Shown: piece by piece, positions 9,269-18,733 of the stretch | Layout of the letters: each line of letters starts with the position of its first letter | How positions within the stretch are numbered: position 1 is the stretch's first letter | Source: Candidatus Methanophaga sp. AG-394-G06 | Lineage (GTDB): Archaea; Halobacteriota; Syntropharchaeia; Alkanophagales; Methanospirareceae | Direction: 5' to 3' | NCBI GenBank assembly: GCA_009903405.1 | Contig: PRCZ01000005.1 | Coordinates: 1-49,479, forward strand | Length of the DNA: 49,479 bases | Notes under the pieces: generated by a model | The model's input: the letters and a program-made list of their open reading frames with translations, nothing else | The model's database searches: none | Told to the model about the DNA's origin: nothing | Position numbers and translations under genes: made by a program

Positions 9269-9976
9269 CTACACGCCCGGTATCTCTATTTTCTCCTTAC
9301 CCACCACGAAGACATAATCCTCTATGGTCTCGAAACTCCGTTCATCCTGTTTTATCCGTACAACATTTGGATCAGAACTTTTCGTCTTCCTTATCTCTTC
9401 TATTTCACCTGTCTCCGCTGAGTGCTTTCCGCCTATCACTACCGCTTTATTCCCGGCTTCATATGCAAAATGCTGCAATATCTCGTTATCGGGCACGGAA
9501 ATCATCAGCGAATCGTGTGTTTTTATCTCCTCATTTCGCTCGCCTGGAAGGATATTCCGACCATCATGCAAGTTCAATTGCCGCTTCCCCGCTTTTATCA
9601 TCGTTCTGCCGTCCACCCGACATAATTTCCTGAATGCCGCTTCCTCGTCTATTTCTATCAGCGACAACTTACCCTTCTTGTCTAAAAGAACCATATAGTG
9701 GGCTTTTAGCTTTGGTACGGAAAGAATGTCAAAGATACCAATAGGGAACTTATGCTCTTTCCTTACCTTCCCATTGACCACTACATTGCCTTCGTTCAAT
9801 ATCCTCTTCGCTTCTCTACTATTGTCCGCTAACTTCAGCAGATCCCTCACGAGCAGAAGCAGAGGCATGCTTCTATCTTTTGGATGCGGCCCTGGTACTG
9901 GATCTACCGACCAGTACGATACTTTCCTTTTTATCTTCCAGCTACGAGGTGCTGCTATTCTTTTCTGATGTCCCAT
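9269..9976 (-). CDS. rps4e: 30S ribosomal protein eS4
   Basis: HQKRIAAPRSW, PGPH, QLNLHDGRN, FETIEDYVFVVG. Confidence 0.97.
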   Translation of the reverse strand: MGHQKRIAAPRSWKIKRKVSYWSVDPVPGPHPKDRSMPLLLLVRDLLKLADNSREAKRILNEGNVVVNGKVRKEHKFPIGIFDILSVPKLKAHYMVLLDKKGKLSLIEIDEEAAFRKLCRVDGRTMIKAGKRQLNLHDGRNILPGERNEEIKTHDSLMISVPDNEILQHFAYEAGNKAVVIGGKHSAETGEIEEIRKTKSSDPNVVRIKQDERSFETIEDYVFVVGKEKIEIPGV

Positions 9977-10013
9977 TTTTATCTGTTTCTCCTATTATCG
10001 TTCATTCGTTTGT

Positions 10014-12233
10014 TTACGCATAAGCATGTCGCACCAAATCTTCCGCTCGCTCTTCGAACTCCTGTTGCGCTTTAACCGTTGTTGTTGGCTTCATGCTCTT
10101 AATTGCCGATTCGAAATGTTTCTTCATTACTATTATGTTCTCCAGTATATCTTTAATCTTCTCTTCAGTTATTTCCGGAGTGACGAACTCACGTAAAGCA
10201 GCCATTACTGCTTCTTTTACTATTCCCGCTATATCGGCCCCGACATAACCCTCCGTCATTTTCGCAAGTTCTTCTCTACTTACGTCCGCCCCTAATGGCT
10301 TCCCGGCTAAATGAACCTTAAATATGGCCTCCCGCGCTTCCTTTGTCGGCGATTGTATATATATTAACCTATCCAATCTCCCCGGCCGCAGTAATGCCGG
10401 GTCTATTATATCCGGTCTGTTTGTCGCTGCTATGATCATCACATCCTTTAACTCCTCTAATCCGTCCATTTCTGTTAATATCTGTGAAACTACCCGTTCT
10501 GTTACATGCGAGTCTAAACCTGCGCTTCGGATAGGCGCGATTGAATCAATCTCATCTAAGAAGATAATACAAGGTGCAGATTGCTTTGCTTTTCTGAAAA
10601 TCTCACGCACTGCCTTCTCTGACTCGCCAACCCATTTTGAAAGCAGTTCAGGACCTTTAATCGAAATGAAATTCGCATCGCTCTCATTCGCTACCGCTTT
10701 CACCAGCATTGTCTTCCCTGTTCCCGGCGGACCGAACAAGAGGACGCCTTTCGGCGGCTTTGTATTTAACTGCGAGAAAACATCAGGATATTTGAGTGGC
10801 CACTCCACAACCTCCTTCAATTCCTGTTTCGCACGCTCCAAGCCGCCTATGTCTTCCCACTTCACATTTGGCACTTCTACAAAGACTTCCCTGAGTGCGG
10901 AAGGCTCTGTGTTCTTTAACGCCTCATTGAAATCATCCATTGTTACTTCCAGCTTTTCCACCATTTCCGGCGGTATCTCCTGCTCCAGATCTATCTCGGG
11001 CAGTATTTTACGCAGGGCGTGCATAGCGGCCTCTTTACATAAAGTGGCAATGTCCGCACCGACAAACCCGTGCGTGAAATTCGCGATTTCTTTTAGGTTC
11101 ACATCTTCCGCCAGTGGCATTCCACGTGTATGCACTTGCAATATCTCGTCACGCCCGTTCCTGTCTGGAATACCTATTTCTAGCTCTCTATCAAATCGAC
11201 CGCCCCTTCTCAAAGCTTCGTCAAGCGCATTTGGTCTGTTTGTGGCCCCAATTACTACTACCTGTCCTCTTGATTCCTGACCATCCATTAACGATAGAAG
11301 TTGAGCTACTACCCTTCGCTCCACTTCACCCGTTGTCTCGCCTCTCTTCGGCGCTATTGAATCCAATTCATCGATAAATATAATGGACGGAGCGCTCTTT
11401 TCCGCGTCCTCAAATATCTGCCGCAGATGACGCTCACTTTCACCATAAAATTTACTCATTATTTCCGGTCCTGAAATAGAATAGAAATTAGCATCCGTCT
11501 CATTTGCAACTGCTTTTGCTATCAGTGTCTTTCCTGTTCCCGGCGGCCCCTGCAGGAGTACACCCTTTGGTGGCTCTATCCCCAATCGCTCGAACAGCTC
11601 CGGATGCCTTAATGGTAATTCTATCATCTCCCGTATCAGTCCTATTTCCCGCTTTAGTCCTCCGATGTCCTCATAAGCCACGCGAGGAACGCCTATTTTC
11701 TCCTCCCGCGCCTTACGAAGTAGAATTCCGGTTTCTATATTTGGGATCACCGTGCCTAAGGGCACGGTATTAGTAACAACAAAAGAGACGGGATTACCAA
11801 GCATATCAACCCTTATAATTTGACCTTTAGTAATTGGCACGCCTTTCAATCGGCTCAATAAATAACGCTCACCACCTGCAATTCTTACCTGTTGGGTGGG
11901 CTCAAGCGTGATCCTTTTCGCCGCTTTCACCCGCGTCTTCCGCAGCCTCACCTTGTCATCTATGGCGACGCCTGCATTGCTCCTTATATTCCCATCTATA
12001 CGCAGTATTGACTTACCAATGTCGGGTGAATATCCAGGATGGACAATAGCAGTGGCGACACTCCTTCCTTCGATTTCTACCACGTCACCTGGTATAAGCC
12101 CAAGCTTTCGCATCGTTTCCGTCTCTAGTCGTGCTATCCCTCTACCGGCGTCTCTGTGGTACGCCTCAGCTACCCGCAATATTGCTGACGCCTCTCTCTC
12201 TTCTTTATCCGTCATCACCCTTTCTTCATCCAT
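10014..12233 (-). CDS. cdc48: CDC48/VCP-family AAA+ ATPase
   Basis: N-domain plus two AAA modules (GPPGTGKT x2, [21 protein letters not shown]); C-terminal HbYX-like HAYA. Confidence 0.96.
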   Translation of the reverse strand: MDEERVMTDKEEREASAILRVAEAYHRDAGRGIARLETETMRKLGLIPGDVVEIEGRSVATAIVHPGYSPDIGKSILRIDGNIRSNAGVAIDDKVRLRKTRVKAAKRITLEPTQQVRIAGGERYLLSRLKGVPITKGQIIRVDMLGNPVSFVVTNTVPLGTVIPNIETGILLRKAREEKIGVPRVAYEDIGGLKREIGLIREMIELPLRHPELFERLGIEPPKGVLLQGPPGTGKTLIAKAVANETDANFYSISGPEIMSKFYGESERHLRQIFEDAEKSAPSIIFIDELDSIAPKRGETTGEVERRVVAQLLSLMDGQESRGQVVVIGATNRPNALDEALRRGGRFDRELEIGIPDRNGRDEILQVHTRGMPLAEDVNLKEIANFTHGFVGADIATLCKEAAMHALRKILPEIDLEQEIPPEMVEKLEVTMDDFNEALKNTEPSALREVFVEVPNVKWEDIGGLERAKQELKEVVEWPLKYPDVFSQLNTKPPKGVLLFGPPGTGKTMLVKAVANESDANFISIKGPELLSKWVGESEKAVREIFRKAKQSAPCIIFLDEIDSIAPIRSAGLDSHVTERVVSQILTEMDGLEELKDVMIIAATNRPDIIDPALLRPGRLDRLIYIQSPTKEAREAIFKVHLAGKPLGADVSREELAKMTEGYVGADIAGIVKEAVMAALREFVTPEITEEKIKDILENIIVMKKHFESAIKSMKPTTTVKAQQEFEERAEDLVRHAYA

Positions 12234-12316
12234 ATATTTGTTATTTCATCATTATAAAACAAAACCTAAATATTCGACTTTTATATACTTATAATAGAAC
12301 TGGAGAATATAGCAAA

Positions 12317-13414
12317 ATGAGAGAAGAATTGTTAATGATTCCGGGACCTGTGCCTGTACTGCCACGCATCCGTGATGCGATGTCAAAACCAATGATACCG
12401 CACAGAGGCGATGAGTTCAAACAGCTTTATGTAGAGGTAGTAGAGAATTTAAGGGCAATATTCAAAACGAGAAATGACCTCTTCCCGCTTAGCGGATCGG
12501 GAACATGCGCTATGGAATCGGCAATAGCCAATTTAGTATATAATGAAACAAGCGTAGTGTGCATAGCAAATGGCAAATTCGGTGAGCGGTTTTACGAGAT
12601 CGCAGAGCGATATACTGAGCACGTCACGGTCGTTAACTTCGACTGGGGGAGTCCAATAGAATTAGAAAAGGTAAATGTAGCCCTGGAAAGTAATCCCGAT
12701 GTGGTGACGATGGTACATAACGAGACATCCACGGGTATTTTCAACCCGGCGAAGGAAGTGGGGAAACTGACGAAGAAGCATGATGCCATTTTTGTGCTCG
12801 ATTGTATCACATCCATAGGAGGTAATGATGTCCCTGTGGACCAGCTCGGGGTGGACATTGCTATTGTGGGATCGCAGAAATGTTTGGGTGCACCACCCGG
12901 ATTATCCGCACTTTCTGTTAGCGATAAAGTATTGGACCTAATGCGTGCGAATAAAAAAAGGCCGTATTACATGGACATTATTGCTTATAAGAAGAGTTTA
13001 GATAAGAAACAGACGCCCTATACGCCCGCTTTGCCGCTTTTCTTCGCACTTCATGAAGCTTTAGAGGTGATAATCGAAGAGGGCATGGCTAAAAGGACAG
13101 AAAGGCATAGGATGCTGTCTGCAATGGTTAGGACAGCAGTTACGTCTTTGGGACTTTCTTTGTTCCCGCAGTTGAACGAAGTAAGTGAGTATTCTAATAC
13201 TGTTACCGCGATAAACATGCCCTCTGGCTTCTCAGATGAACAACTCAAAGGCGGTATGAGAAGAAAAGGCGTAATTGTGGCTGGCGGACAGGAGAACCTG
13301 AAAGGCAAGATATTCAGGATGGCAACTATGGGGAATATAACCGAGCAGGAAGTGTCAATGGCTATACGGGCATTAGGCGAAGTGCTGATGGAAAAAAAAA
13401 TTACGGATGGATAG
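12317..13414 (+). CDS. Class V PLP aminotransferase (serine-pyruvate/phosphoserine aminotransferase-like)
   Basis: MIPGPVP, SGSGT, VHNETSTG, GSQKCLGAPPG, TPYTP; start ATG 12317. Confidence 0.9.
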   Translation: MREELLMIPGPVPVLPRIRDAMSKPMIPHRGDEFKQLYVEVVENLRAIFKTRNDLFPLSGSGTCAMESAIANLVYNETSVVCIANGKFGERFYEIAERYTEHVTVVNFDWGSPIELEKVNVALESNPDVVTMVHNETSTGIFNPAKEVGKLTKKHDAIFVLDCITSIGGNDVPVDQLGVDIAIVGSQKCLGAPPGLSALSVSDKVLDLMRANKKRPYYMDIIAYKKSLDKKQTPYTPALPLFFALHEALEVIIEEGMAKRTERHRMLSAMVRTAVTSLGLSLFPQLNEVSEYSNTVTAINMPSGFSDEQLKGGMRRKGVIVAGGQENLKGKIFRMATMGNITEQEVSMAIRALGEVLMEKKITDG

Positions 13415-14072
13415 CGGAATAAAAGTCTTCTCGTTCGATGTAGACGGCACGTTAGTGAGCCAGGAATTTGCAGATTGTGTTTGGCTACGAGGTATTCCGG
13501 AAGCATACGCCGCGAAGCACGCGTTGAGCTTTGAACATGCATTTGAATTTGTAAAGCGAGAATATGACAATATAGGCGAGAACCGGATAGAATGGTATAA
13601 TATACGTTTCTGGCTGCGGAAGTTCAACTTGAAAATAGCATACGAAAAGCTATTCGAGAAATACGAGGCTGAAGTGAAGATATATACCGAGGTCGAAAGC
13701 GTTTTGAAAGTGCTGAAAGAAGCAGGATATGTGCTGGTGGTAAATTCCAATGCGGCAACAGAATTCATTGACTTCCAAATCCAACCAATAAGGAAATACT
13801 TCTCTCATGTATTCTCGGCAACGTCTGATTTCGGCGAGTTGAAGAAATCAAATGGCCATTATGCACAGGTATGCGAGATTCTGGATGTGAAGCCGCAAGA
13901 GGTTGTTCATACAGGCGACCATTTTGTGTTTGATTTTCTCAATCCACGCAGAATTGGTATTACTGCGTATTATTTAGATAGGTCCAGAGATGCAATGCCT
14001 GCGGTCAATGGAAATGATGAGTTCCTTATAAGCGATTTGAATGAGCTTCTGGATGCTTTTGAACTCATATAA
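13407..14072 (+). CDS. HAD-superfamily hydrolase
   Basis: FDVDGTL motif I, HTGD motif IV; overlaps the upstream stop. Confidence 0.9.
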   Translation: MDSGIKVFSFDVDGTLVSQEFADCVWLRGIPEAYAAKHALSFEHAFEFVKREYDNIGENRIEWYNIRFWLRKFNLKIAYEKLFEKYEAEVKIYTEVESVLKVLKEAGYVLVVNSNAATEFIDFQIQPIRKYFSHVFSATSDFGELKKSNGHYAQVCEILDVKPQEVVHTGDHFVFDFLNPRRIGITAYYLDRSRDAMPAVNGNDEFLISDLNELLDAFELI

Positions 14073-14083
14073 CTGTAATGCAA

Positions 14084-14132
14084 ATTTGGGTGAGATTTGG
14101 GTATAATCTGGGCGAAAACAAAAGCTTAAAAA
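14084..14132 (+). promoter_or_regulatory. Three 11-bp-period direct repeats directly upstream of a BRE/TATA-like box
   Basis: ATTTGGGTGAG / ATTTGGGTATA / ATCTGGGCGAA then CAAAAGCTTAAAAA. Confidence 0.5.
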
Positions 14133-14202
14133 GGGTTATTCCAATATAGGACTGTGTAAACACACCCCAAAAAAATAAAAAAATAGGAGGTGAAGCGAAA
14201 AG

Positions 14203-14835
14203 ATGAGAAGAGAAATAATCGGCAGTATTTTAGTTCTGGCAGTGATAGCGTGTTCCATTGGTGTCATATCCGCTCAAAAACCGTTCGGCATGCAAGCACC
14301 TGCTGAGGGTCATCAGCGGTTCGGTGGCGCAGGGTGGATGAACCAGTTGACAGAAGAGCAAAGGGATGATGTGCGGCAGCAGATGCATGAATTCCAACAG
14401 CAGATCTGTGACCAGTATAACCTCTCCCTGCCAAGTGGTCCGTTAAGCAATTTGACTGACGAGGAACGAGCAGATGTACGGCAGCAGATGCGGATGTTCC
14501 AGCGGGGTCAAAGAAATGACACGAAAGAGTTTCGACAGCAGATCTGTGACCAGCATAATCTCTCCTGTCCGGAGGGTCCGTTGAGCAATTTGACTGATGA
14601 GGAACGAACAGAGGTACAGCAACAGATACATGAGTTCCGACAGGGTCAAAGAAATGCCACGCAGGTGTTCCATCAGGCTCAAAAACAGGAAGCGGAAGAG
14701 TTCTGGCAGCAGATCTCTGACCAGTACAACATCACAGATTCAATCGGCCCAAGATTTATGCATGGAGATGGCCATGGTTTCCGCGGCAATAAGGGCTCAC
14801 ACAAGCAGGGTCATGGACCAGGATTTGGAGGCTGA
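14203..14835 (+). CDS. Secreted Gln-rich repeat protein, Spy/CpxP/ZraP-like
   Basis: GGAGGTGA RBS, signal peptide, LTEEQ/LTDEE motifs, 46-aa internal repeat, His/Gly-rich tail. Confidence 0.75.
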   Translation: MRREIIGSILVLAVIACSIGVISAQKPFGMQAPAEGHQRFGGAGWMNQLTEEQRDDVRQQMHEFQQQICDQYNLSLPSGPLSNLTDEERADVRQQMRMFQRGQRNDTKEFRQQICDQHNLSCPEGPLSNLTDEERTEVQQQIHEFRQGQRNATQVFHQAQKQEAEEFWQQISDQYNITDSIGPRFMHGDGHGFRGNKGSHKQGHGPGFGG

Positions 14836-14881
14836 ACATAAAAATCAGATCGGAACAAACAGAGATGTACAAATGTAGCAA

Positions 14882-14914
14882 GTGCGTGGTTGAACCACGC
14901 ACCCTCAATTTTTT
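14882..14914. terminator. Hairpin plus T-run between convergent genes
   Basis: GTGCGTGGTT-G-AACCACGCAC perfect inverted repeat followed by a T-tract. Confidence 0.6.
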
Positions 14915-16151
14915 ATTTGCCGTTCTTTAAAAGAGAAAGTTCACTCAGTATCTCCTCGGCAATCCGCCTTTTCGCTCCTTTCACCTGCTTTATCTCTTTC
15001 CCGCCTTCTCGCATTATATATACTTCGTTCTCCTCTGTCCCTATCCCGCCACTGCCAACGTCATTTGCAACAACCATCTCGAGCTTATAATCAGCCATCT
15101 TTTTTCTCGACTTTTCTATTAAATCCGCCTCAGAAACGTTCGTTTCCGCTTTAAATCCCACAATGACAAGTTCAGGGAATTCATTCCGCGCCTCTTCTAT
15201 TAATTTCCGAATAGGCGAGAGATGCAGATGTAAATCACCACCAGATGATATTTTTACTTCTGACGGATCAACCGTAAAATCACCTATGGCAGCAGCGGAA
15301 ATAAGCACGTCATATCCACTTTGGAGCTCGTTCATGCACGCATCAATCATTTCACGTGCAGTTTCGACCTTGAGTTCTTTTATCCCTAGTAGCTTCAGTT
15401 CATTGTTATGTATAATGGTGACATCAGCACCTTGCTTATATGCCTCTTTTGCTAGTTCCTTCCCGGTTCGACCGGAACTTCGGTTCGTTAAGATTCTTAT
15501 CGGGTCTATTGGCTCAATGGTGGGTCCGCTAGTTACGAGGATTCGTTTTCCTGCAAGTCGCTTTGGCGACAGGACACGCTCAACGGCGAGCAGTATATCA
15601 TCAATCGCTACGATTTTTGCCAGCCGTTCCTCTATTCTAGGGCCTATGACGGTAACACCAAGCCTTTTCAATTTCTCCATGTTCTCTATCAGAACAGGGC
15701 TCCTATAGATAGATTCATGCATTGCTGGCACTATTAGGATCGGGAATCCCGAGCCGAAAGCAGTGGTTGCAAATGCCGTTACTGGCGTATCCGATACGCC
15801 CGTGGCGATTTTGTTGACTGTATTTGCCGTGCACGGCGCGATGATAAACAGGTCTGCTGAGCCTTCCATACCTAAAAACTCTACATGCTCTATATTTCCC
15901 ATTAATTTCGTTATCACCTCGTGCCCCGTAGCATAATGAAGCGTATAAGGATGTATTATTTCTGTTGCCGCGTCACTCATCACACCATATACCTCTGCAC
16001 CGTGTCTTATCAATTCCCGTGCGAGCTCAACAGTCTTTATCGCTGCGATAGAGCCCGTAACACCTAAAACTATCTTCTTACCCTGCAGAGATTGACTCTT
16101 TGTTCCTGTAATCCTCAAGGAGGGGTGTGGTCCCCTTTCTGCCCCTGTCAT
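14913..16151 (-). CDS. coaBC: Bifunctional phosphopantothenoylcysteine decarboxylase/synthetase
   Basis: GVTGSIAA, APCTANT, PAMH, TSGPT.E.IDPIR..TNRSSGRTG, GFKAET; start ATG 16151. Confidence 0.95.
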   Translation of the reverse strand: MTGAERGPHPSLRITGTKSQSLQGKKIVLGVTGSIAAIKTVELARELIRHGAEVYGVMSDAATEIIHPYTLHYATGHEVITKLMGNIEHVEFLGMEGSADLFIIAPCTANTVNKIATGVSDTPVTAFATTAFGSGFPILIVPAMHESIYRSPVLIENMEKLKRLGVTVIGPRIEERLAKIVAIDDILLAVERVLSPKRLAGKRILVTSGPTIEPIDPIRILTNRSSGRTGKELAKEAYKQGADVTIIHNNELKLLGIKELKVETAREMIDACMNELQSGYDVLISAAAIGDFTVDPSEVKISSGGDLHLHLSPIRKLIEEARNEFPELVIVGFKAETNVSEADLIEKSRKKMADYKLEMVVANDVGSGGIGTEENEVYIMREGGKEIKQVKGAKRRIAEEILSELSLLKNGK

Positions 16152-16153
16152 AA

Positions 16154-16226
16154 TGGACCGGTCGGGATTTGAACCCGAGGCCTCTCGCACGCCAAGCGAG
16201 TGATCTTCCAACTGATCTACCGGCCC
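16154..16226 (-). tRNA. tRNA-Ala(GGC)
   Basis: GGGCCGG acceptor stem, anticodon arm CTCGC-TT-GGC-GT-GCGAG, GGTTCAAATCC T-arm; CCA not encoded. Confidence 0.95.
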
Positions 16227-16295
16227 ATCCTGCTACTTCTCTGCTTTTATACTTCTTCTATTCTTATTACGGGACTCAAGTTATATAAATTCTAA

Positions 16296-16426
16296 GAACA
16301 AACTAAATAAAATCAATTAATGACACAGATTAACGCAGATTAACGCAGAAGAAATCAAATCCGTGTAAATCCGTGTAAATCTGCGTCCTAAATTAAATCT
16401 GTAAAAGTTATACGTTATATGCAATA
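16296..16426. repeat. Hairpin-element family 1, complete copy with short spacer
   Basis: GACACAGATT-AACGCAGATT-AACGCAGA / AATCCGTGTA-AATCCGTGTA-AATCTGCGTC arms. Confidence 0.88.
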
Positions 16427-16434
16427 CAAAAGAA

Positions 16435-16893
16435 TTATAGATATCCTGATACATCATCTATCATTCTTTCGCAATAGAAGCACCTGAACCGAGGCGGATT
16501 CGCACCCACAGTAACGAATTTTGATATAACCGGCTCCCGTTCAGCATTGGATATGCAATTGGGATTTGCACATCTTATAATACCCTCTATTGATCCGGGA
16601 AGATATACTTTATGCTTTGCTATCACTTCAGAATTACGGATTATGTTTATGGATGCATTTGGCGCAATCAACGCGATTTTACCCACTTCTTCTGGCTTTA
16701 ATTCCCTATCTTCCACCTTTACTATGTCCTTCCTGCCCATCTTCTTGCTTTGTACGTTCATCGCAACGCTTAAAACCGCATCTGTCCTCGCTGTTATCGA
16801 CAATATCTTCAACACGTTTAGCGCCTGCCCCGCTGTAATATGGTCAATGACGGTTCCATTTTTGATTGCCACTATCTTTAATTCTTTCTTCAT
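16435..16893 (-). CDS. pyrI: Aspartate carbamoyltransferase regulatory subunit
   Basis: IKNGTVIDHI, KDIVKVE, CANPNCIS, RCFYCE zinc site; start ATG 16893. Confidence 0.96.
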   Translation of the reverse strand: MKKELKIVAIKNGTVIDHITAGQALNVLKILSITARTDAVLSVAMNVQSKKMGRKDIVKVEDRELKPEEVGKIALIAPNASINIIRNSEVIAKHKVYLPGSIEGIIRCANPNCISNAEREPVISKFVTVGANPPRFRCFYCERMIDDVSGYL

Positions 16894-16905
16894 CTCAAGC
16901 GTCAG

Positions 16906-16979
16906 TGGGGCCGCCGAGATTTGAACTCGGGACAACTCGGTCTTCAGCCGAGCGCTCTCCCAGTCTGAGCTACGACCCC
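16906..16979 (-). tRNA. tRNA-Phe(GAA)
   Basis: GGGGTCG/CGGCCCC acceptor stem, CTCGG-CT-GAA-GA-CCGAG anticodon arm, GTTCAAATC T-loop. Confidence 0.95.
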
Positions 16980-17058
16980 ATTCAAATTAATTATATTGCC
17001 ACAGTAAATAAATTATATTTCTTTATGGTACATAAAGCACATTATTTCTTTTAGTAAT

Positions 17059-17119
17059 GCTTTTCTTTCTAAGAAAAGGTTTTTGGTAAAGCTTTTAAAA
17101 CTTTTTGAAAGAAAAGTTT
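17059..17119. repeat. Palindromic repeat family 2 copy
   Basis: CTTTTCTT-TCT-AAGAAAAG, GGTAAAGCTTTT and AAACTTTT...AAAAGTTT; GGTAAAGC(C/T)TTT is shared with 7329-7340. Confidence 0.55.
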
Positions 17120-17130
17120 CTGATGTAAAA

Positions 17131-18531
17131 ATGGAAGAAGAGATAAAAAAGGCAATTGATTCAGTAGTAACAAAAAATGCGAGATACGCTGATCTCCGCC
17201 TGGAAAAGAGTTACGCAACTGTTATTGACCTAAGAGATGATGTACTCAGAGAGATGAGCTACAGCATAGACCAGGGCATGGGCATCCGGGTACTTTATAA
17301 CAATTCATGGGGATTCTGTTCCTCCAACGAGATCTCAATACCCAAGCTGAGAGATAGCTTTGAAGACGCCTTTAAGATCAGTAAAGCGCTATCAGAATCA
17401 AGTAAGAAGACGGAAACCATAACAATAGCCGATACAAAGCCCGTAAACGACTATTATAAACTGAAGCCGAAGATAAACCCTGATGATGTCAGCATAGAAG
17501 CGAAGAAGGAGATAGTTAAAGATGTGTATAAAGCGGCGAAGAAACACTCCACACTCATAAAAAGCGTCTCCATCTCATATTTCGATGGCTACGAGGAGAA
17601 GATATATGCCAATTCCGATGGCAGCTATATAGTAACAGAAACGCCGGCGGTTTTTATGCGTGTGCATGCTGTCGCGAAGAAGGGAGACCTGCTGCAAGAG
17701 GGGAGAGAGAGCATAGGTGCTGTGGCGGGTTTTGAAGTTATAGAAGGGGCAAACCCCGAGCTTCTGGGCGTAAAGGCTGCGGATAAAGCGGTTAGGCTGC
17801 TTGATGCTGAACTGCCACCCGGTGGTGAGTTACCTGTGATAATGGACAACAAACTTAGCGGTGTCTTTATGCACGAAGCGCTCGGGCATGCCGCAGAAGC
17901 CGACCACGTATTATACGGTGAATCTATACTAGAGGGTAGAGTAGGCGATGAGATAGCGTACAAAGGTCTAACGGTTGCTGACGATCCGACCATCGAGAAT
18001 TCACATGGATATTACAAATATGACGATGAGGGTGCACGATCAAAGAGAACAGAAATAATAAAAGACGGTGTTTTGGTCTCTTATTTACACACTCGGGAGA
18101 CTGCAGGCAGGTTAGATGCAATGCCAACCCCAAATGCAAGAGCCGCTGACTATTCGGAAGTCCCTTTGGTCCGCATGAGTAATACCGTTATTGAAGAAGG
18201 CGATTGGGATTTTAAAGATATGCAAGCAGATATACAGTTTGGGATCTACGCCAAGGGTATGCGCGGAGGGCAGGTGGATACAGTAAGGGGTGAGTTTCAG
18301 TTCAGTGCGGAAGAGGCATTCATGATAGAAAATGGCGCGCTTACTAAGAGATTGAAGAACGTTTCTCTTTCCGGTAGGACCCTTGATGTATTGAAGAACA
18401 TAGATGCCATAGGGAATGATAAAATGCAGGGTACAATAGGATTCTGTGGCAAAGATGGCCAGGAGGTCCCGGTCTCTGAGTATGCACCGCATATGCGAGT
18501 GCAGAAGATACTGGTCGGTGGACTCCAGTGA
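17131..18531 (+). CDS. tldD: TldD-family metalloprotease
   Basis: GMGIRV, HEALGH zinc motif, DDEG, RMSNT, CGKDGQ. Confidence 0.92.
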   Translation: MEEEIKKAIDSVVTKNARYADLRLEKSYATVIDLRDDVLREMSYSIDQGMGIRVLYNNSWGFCSSNEISIPKLRDSFEDAFKISKALSESSKKTETITIADTKPVNDYYKLKPKINPDDVSIEAKKEIVKDVYKAAKKHSTLIKSVSISYFDGYEEKIYANSDGSYIVTETPAVFMRVHAVAKKGDLLQEGRESIGAVAGFEVIEGANPELLGVKAADKAVRLLDAELPPGGELPVIMDNKLSGVFMHEALGHAAEADHVLYGESILEGRVGDEIAYKGLTVADDPTIENSHGYYKYDDEGARSKRTEIIKDGVLVSYLHTRETAGRLDAMPTPNARAADYSEVPLVRMSNTVIEEGDWDFKDMQADIQFGIYAKGMRGGQVDTVRGEFQFSAEEAFMIENGALTKRLKNVSLSGRTLDVLKNIDAIGNDKMQGTIGFCGKDGQEVPVSEYAPHMRVQKILVGGLQ

Positions 18532-18555
18532 GTCAGCCATGAAATATGGTGATAG

Positions 18556-18723
18556 CTATTTCTTCCGGAACTCTGTATAACCACATTTCCCGCAGGAATA
18601 TCGGTCTGCATGTTCTGCTAAAAACACGCCTGTGCCACACCTTGGGCATGCCTTCCGCTTCCTGCGTAACTTAACGCCTCCTTTTCCACTTACTACTTCG
18701 TAAAACTCATGTATTGCAGCCAT
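18556..18723 (-). CDS. rps27ae: 30S ribosomal protein eS31 (S27ae)
   Basis: Manual translation [10 protein letters not shown]...[30 protein letters not shown] (55 aa, below the ORF track cutoff). Confidence 0.95.
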   Translation of the reverse strand: MAAIHEFYEVVSGKGGVKLRRKRKACPRCGTGVFLAEHADRYSCGKCGYTEFRKK

Positions 18724-18733
18724 TTTTATCTAT

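Noticed and set aside
10324-11280. 318-aa plus-strand ORF and the many similar antisense ORFs over por, ppsA, lhr and cdhA
   Set aside because: Shadow frames opposite well-supported genes; Ser/Ile-rich with no motifs.
12131-12316. 62-aa N-terminal extension of the aminotransferase
   Set aside because: Overlaps cdc48 and the divergent promoter region; family similarity starts at ATG 12317.
16152-16211. N-terminal extension of CoaBC in the ORF track (likewise PyrI 16894-16935)
   Set aside because: The extensions run through tRNA genes; downstream ATGs fit the families.
16320-16390. Tandem 10-mers read as a mini CRISPR array
   Set aside because: Units are adjacent with no spacers between them, form inverted arms, and no cas genes are present.
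16154-16979. tRNAs as integration sites of an island
   Set aside because: No integrase and no duplicated tRNA 3' end seen; housekeeping genes follow directly.
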